The notes beneath the pieces are model-generated. The model saw only the letters and a program-made list of their open reading frames with translations. It made no database searches and had not been told where the DNA came from. A stretch of 64,000 bases of DNA from the human T2T-CHM13v2.0 reference genome, Homo sapiens. Shown here piece after piece: positions 50,203 through 64,000 of the stretch; positions within the stretch are counted from its first letter, which is position 1; each line of letters opens with the position of its first letter. The position numbers and the translations under genes are program-made. Location of the stretch: the NCBI RefSeq assembly GCF_009914755.1, contig NC_060939.1. One strand, 5' to 3'.

Positions 50203-50912
50203 AAGGCTGATACTATTAATACCAGTTTTCCTGCTCCTTGGTCTCGAGCAAGGTAATGACCAAATTCTTAGCAGCTTCTAGTCTGGTGCTGGCCTGACAC
50301 TCGTCCCTCAGGTGAGGCCCATCAGTCTTTTTTCTCCAGGCTCACTGGCTTAATTTCTGTTTCTCGAACAGTCCCATATTCCCTTCTACCGTAGGGAGGA
50401 AACATACTTCACCCACTTAATTCCTGCATCTCCTTTAGCTCCCAGTTCAAACATTATTTCTTCAAAGAAGCCTTCCATGCCCTCACCCCCACACCATCTA
50501 GACCAGATTCTCCTTTTATGTGCTGGTAGACCCATCACTTCCTTTCTTCAGAACAATTAACTCAGTTTCTAATTCTCCATTTATGAGTGTAATTACTCGA
50601 TTGTCTTTTCTGCCCTACCGTAAGCCTCATGGGAGCAGGGGCTGTGACTGTTTTAATTCACCATTCTGTGTACATCACCCAACATAGTGTCTGTCCGGTG
50701 GTGGGCCATCATCAAACAGTGGTAGAAGGAAAGGAGGGAGGGAAAAGAGTATTCCAAAAGTTGGTCAGGTAGAGAGAAGGAAATAATGTATTATAATGCT
50801 TTGAGCAGAGTATTAGGATGGGGTCAGGCTCTGTATGTTATTGGAGCACACATTGTAGCAGTTAACTTGGGGTGGGGGGTGATGTAATCAGTAACACTCC
50901 GAAAAGATGAGC

Positions 50913-51232
50913 AGCCGGGCGTGTGGTCGCTCATTACAGGAATGACACCAAAGTGTTGGGTTGTCTGAGGCAGGTGGATCACCAGAGCCCAGGAGTTCAA
51001 GACCAGCCTGGGCAACATAGTGAGACCCTCTCTTTATGAAAAATCAAAAAAATTAGCCTGGTGTGGTGATACATGCCTATAGTCCCAGCTACTCAGGAGG
51101 CTGAGGTAGGAGGATTGCTTGAGTCCAGAAGTTAGAGGCTACAATGAGCTGAGATTGCACCACTGCTCTCCAGCCTGGGCAAACGAGCAAGACCCTGTCT
51201 CAAAAAGAAAAAGAAAATAAAAGAAAAAGAAA
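50913..51232 (+). mobile_element. AluJ with rearranged 5' end
   Basis: Alu dimer; TSD AA(A/G)GATGAG(C/T)AG. Confidence 0.88.
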
Positions 51233-51420
51233 GGATGAGTAGGCGTTAGCTCTGCAAATAAGGAAGACAATGGCATTCTGGCAGCAGGAAGGGTTTATAC
51301 AAAGATGTAAAAAGACTTCATAAGATAAGGGAACTAAATGAGGTCAGCATGACAGACATGAAGGGAGCATATGGAGAAATAGCAAGTGATGAGTTTGGGC
51401 AACTGGGACACAGGTCATGA

Positions 51421-52447
<1,027 letters not shown>

Positions 52448-52469
52448 CAGATTTGCATTTTCAAAAGAC

Positions 52470-54060
<1,591 letters not shown>

Positions 54061-54069
54061 CTAGAGAAA

Positions 54070-57560
<3,491 letters not shown>

Positions 57561-57582
57561 GTTAAAAGTGTCCACGGGATTT

Positions 57583-57960
57583 GGGAGCTAAAACAATCTG
57601 AGCTCATAGAAGTAGAGAGATTAGAATTGTGACTATTAGAAGCTGGGAAGGGTGAGGAAGAGGGTAGGACAGGGAGAGGTTGTCTAACAGATACAAAATT
57701 ACAGCTAGATGGATGGAATAAGTTATAGTATTCTATAGTACTGGGGGGTAAATATGGTTAACAGTAATCTATTGTATATTTTCCAAAAGCTATAAGACAG
57801 TATTTTAATATTCACAACACAAAGAAATGATATATGTTTAGGTGATGGATATGCTAATTACCCTGGTTTAATCATCACACATTGTATACATGTATCAAAA
57901 TATCACTGTGTATCCTATACATATGTACAATTACATGTCAACTAAAAATAAAAGGGAAAA
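57583..57960 (+). mobile_element. L1MA5-like 3' fragment
   Basis: ATACAAAATTACAGCTAGAT...GGTGATGGATATGCTAATTACCCTG; TSD AAAAGTGTCCAC. Confidence 0.85.
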
Positions 57961-58291
57961 AAGTGTCCACTGGGTTTGGTAATTAGGAGATCCTGGCTAA
58001 CATATCAAGATCATTTTTATTGGAGTGTAGTGAAAGCCATAGTGTTGAAGTGAGAGGAAAAAAATGGAGAAGGCATGATGCAGACCAAATTGCTTTCAGA
58101 CATGTAGAGACTCAGAAGATTTTTCTATATAATTTTACTGAAAAAAATTACTTGAGGGTGTACTCCAGCAAAGATAAAAGGAACTCAACAAAGAGGAAGA
58201 CATGGGACCTCAGAAAAAAAATGGAGCCAGGCCAGGATGACAGTTATGCAGCAGACCCACAGAGTAATGTGTCTTAAATTGACAGTTTAAG

Positions 58292-59994
<1,703 letters not shown>

Positions 59995-60002
59995 AGGTGC
60001 TA

Positions 60003-64000
<3,998 letters not shown>

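Overview
Human genomic DNA, inferred from human-specific AluYa5 and AluYb8 copies. The window is repeat-rich and centred on a CpG-island promoter at about 26.0-26.95 kb that looks bidirectional. On the + strand a short ATG-less first exon ends at a strong donor (CAG|GTATGT, 26732), followed by more than 37 kb of first intron with no recognisable coding exon; I cannot name the gene. On the - strand, consensus splice sites at 26108, 25284, 23670, 19654-19699, 18783-18893 and 2592-2602 outline a divergent spliced transcript, and one exon combination gives a continuous short ORF. Most of the rest is transposon-derived: a full-length L1MA nested in an older L1 (3.5-14.5 kb), an L1PA running off the right end, about 45 Alus, MaLR/ERV1 LTRs, MIR, L2, MER20 and MER5. 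Several template-switch-like scars stand out: two LTRs each carrying a copy of nearby downstream DNA, perfect hairpins, and a double micro-inversion in an Alu. I found no intact protein-coding gene, CRISPR array or demonstrably new biological system. The candidates below are hypotheses, and subfamily calls come from remembered consensus features, not a search.
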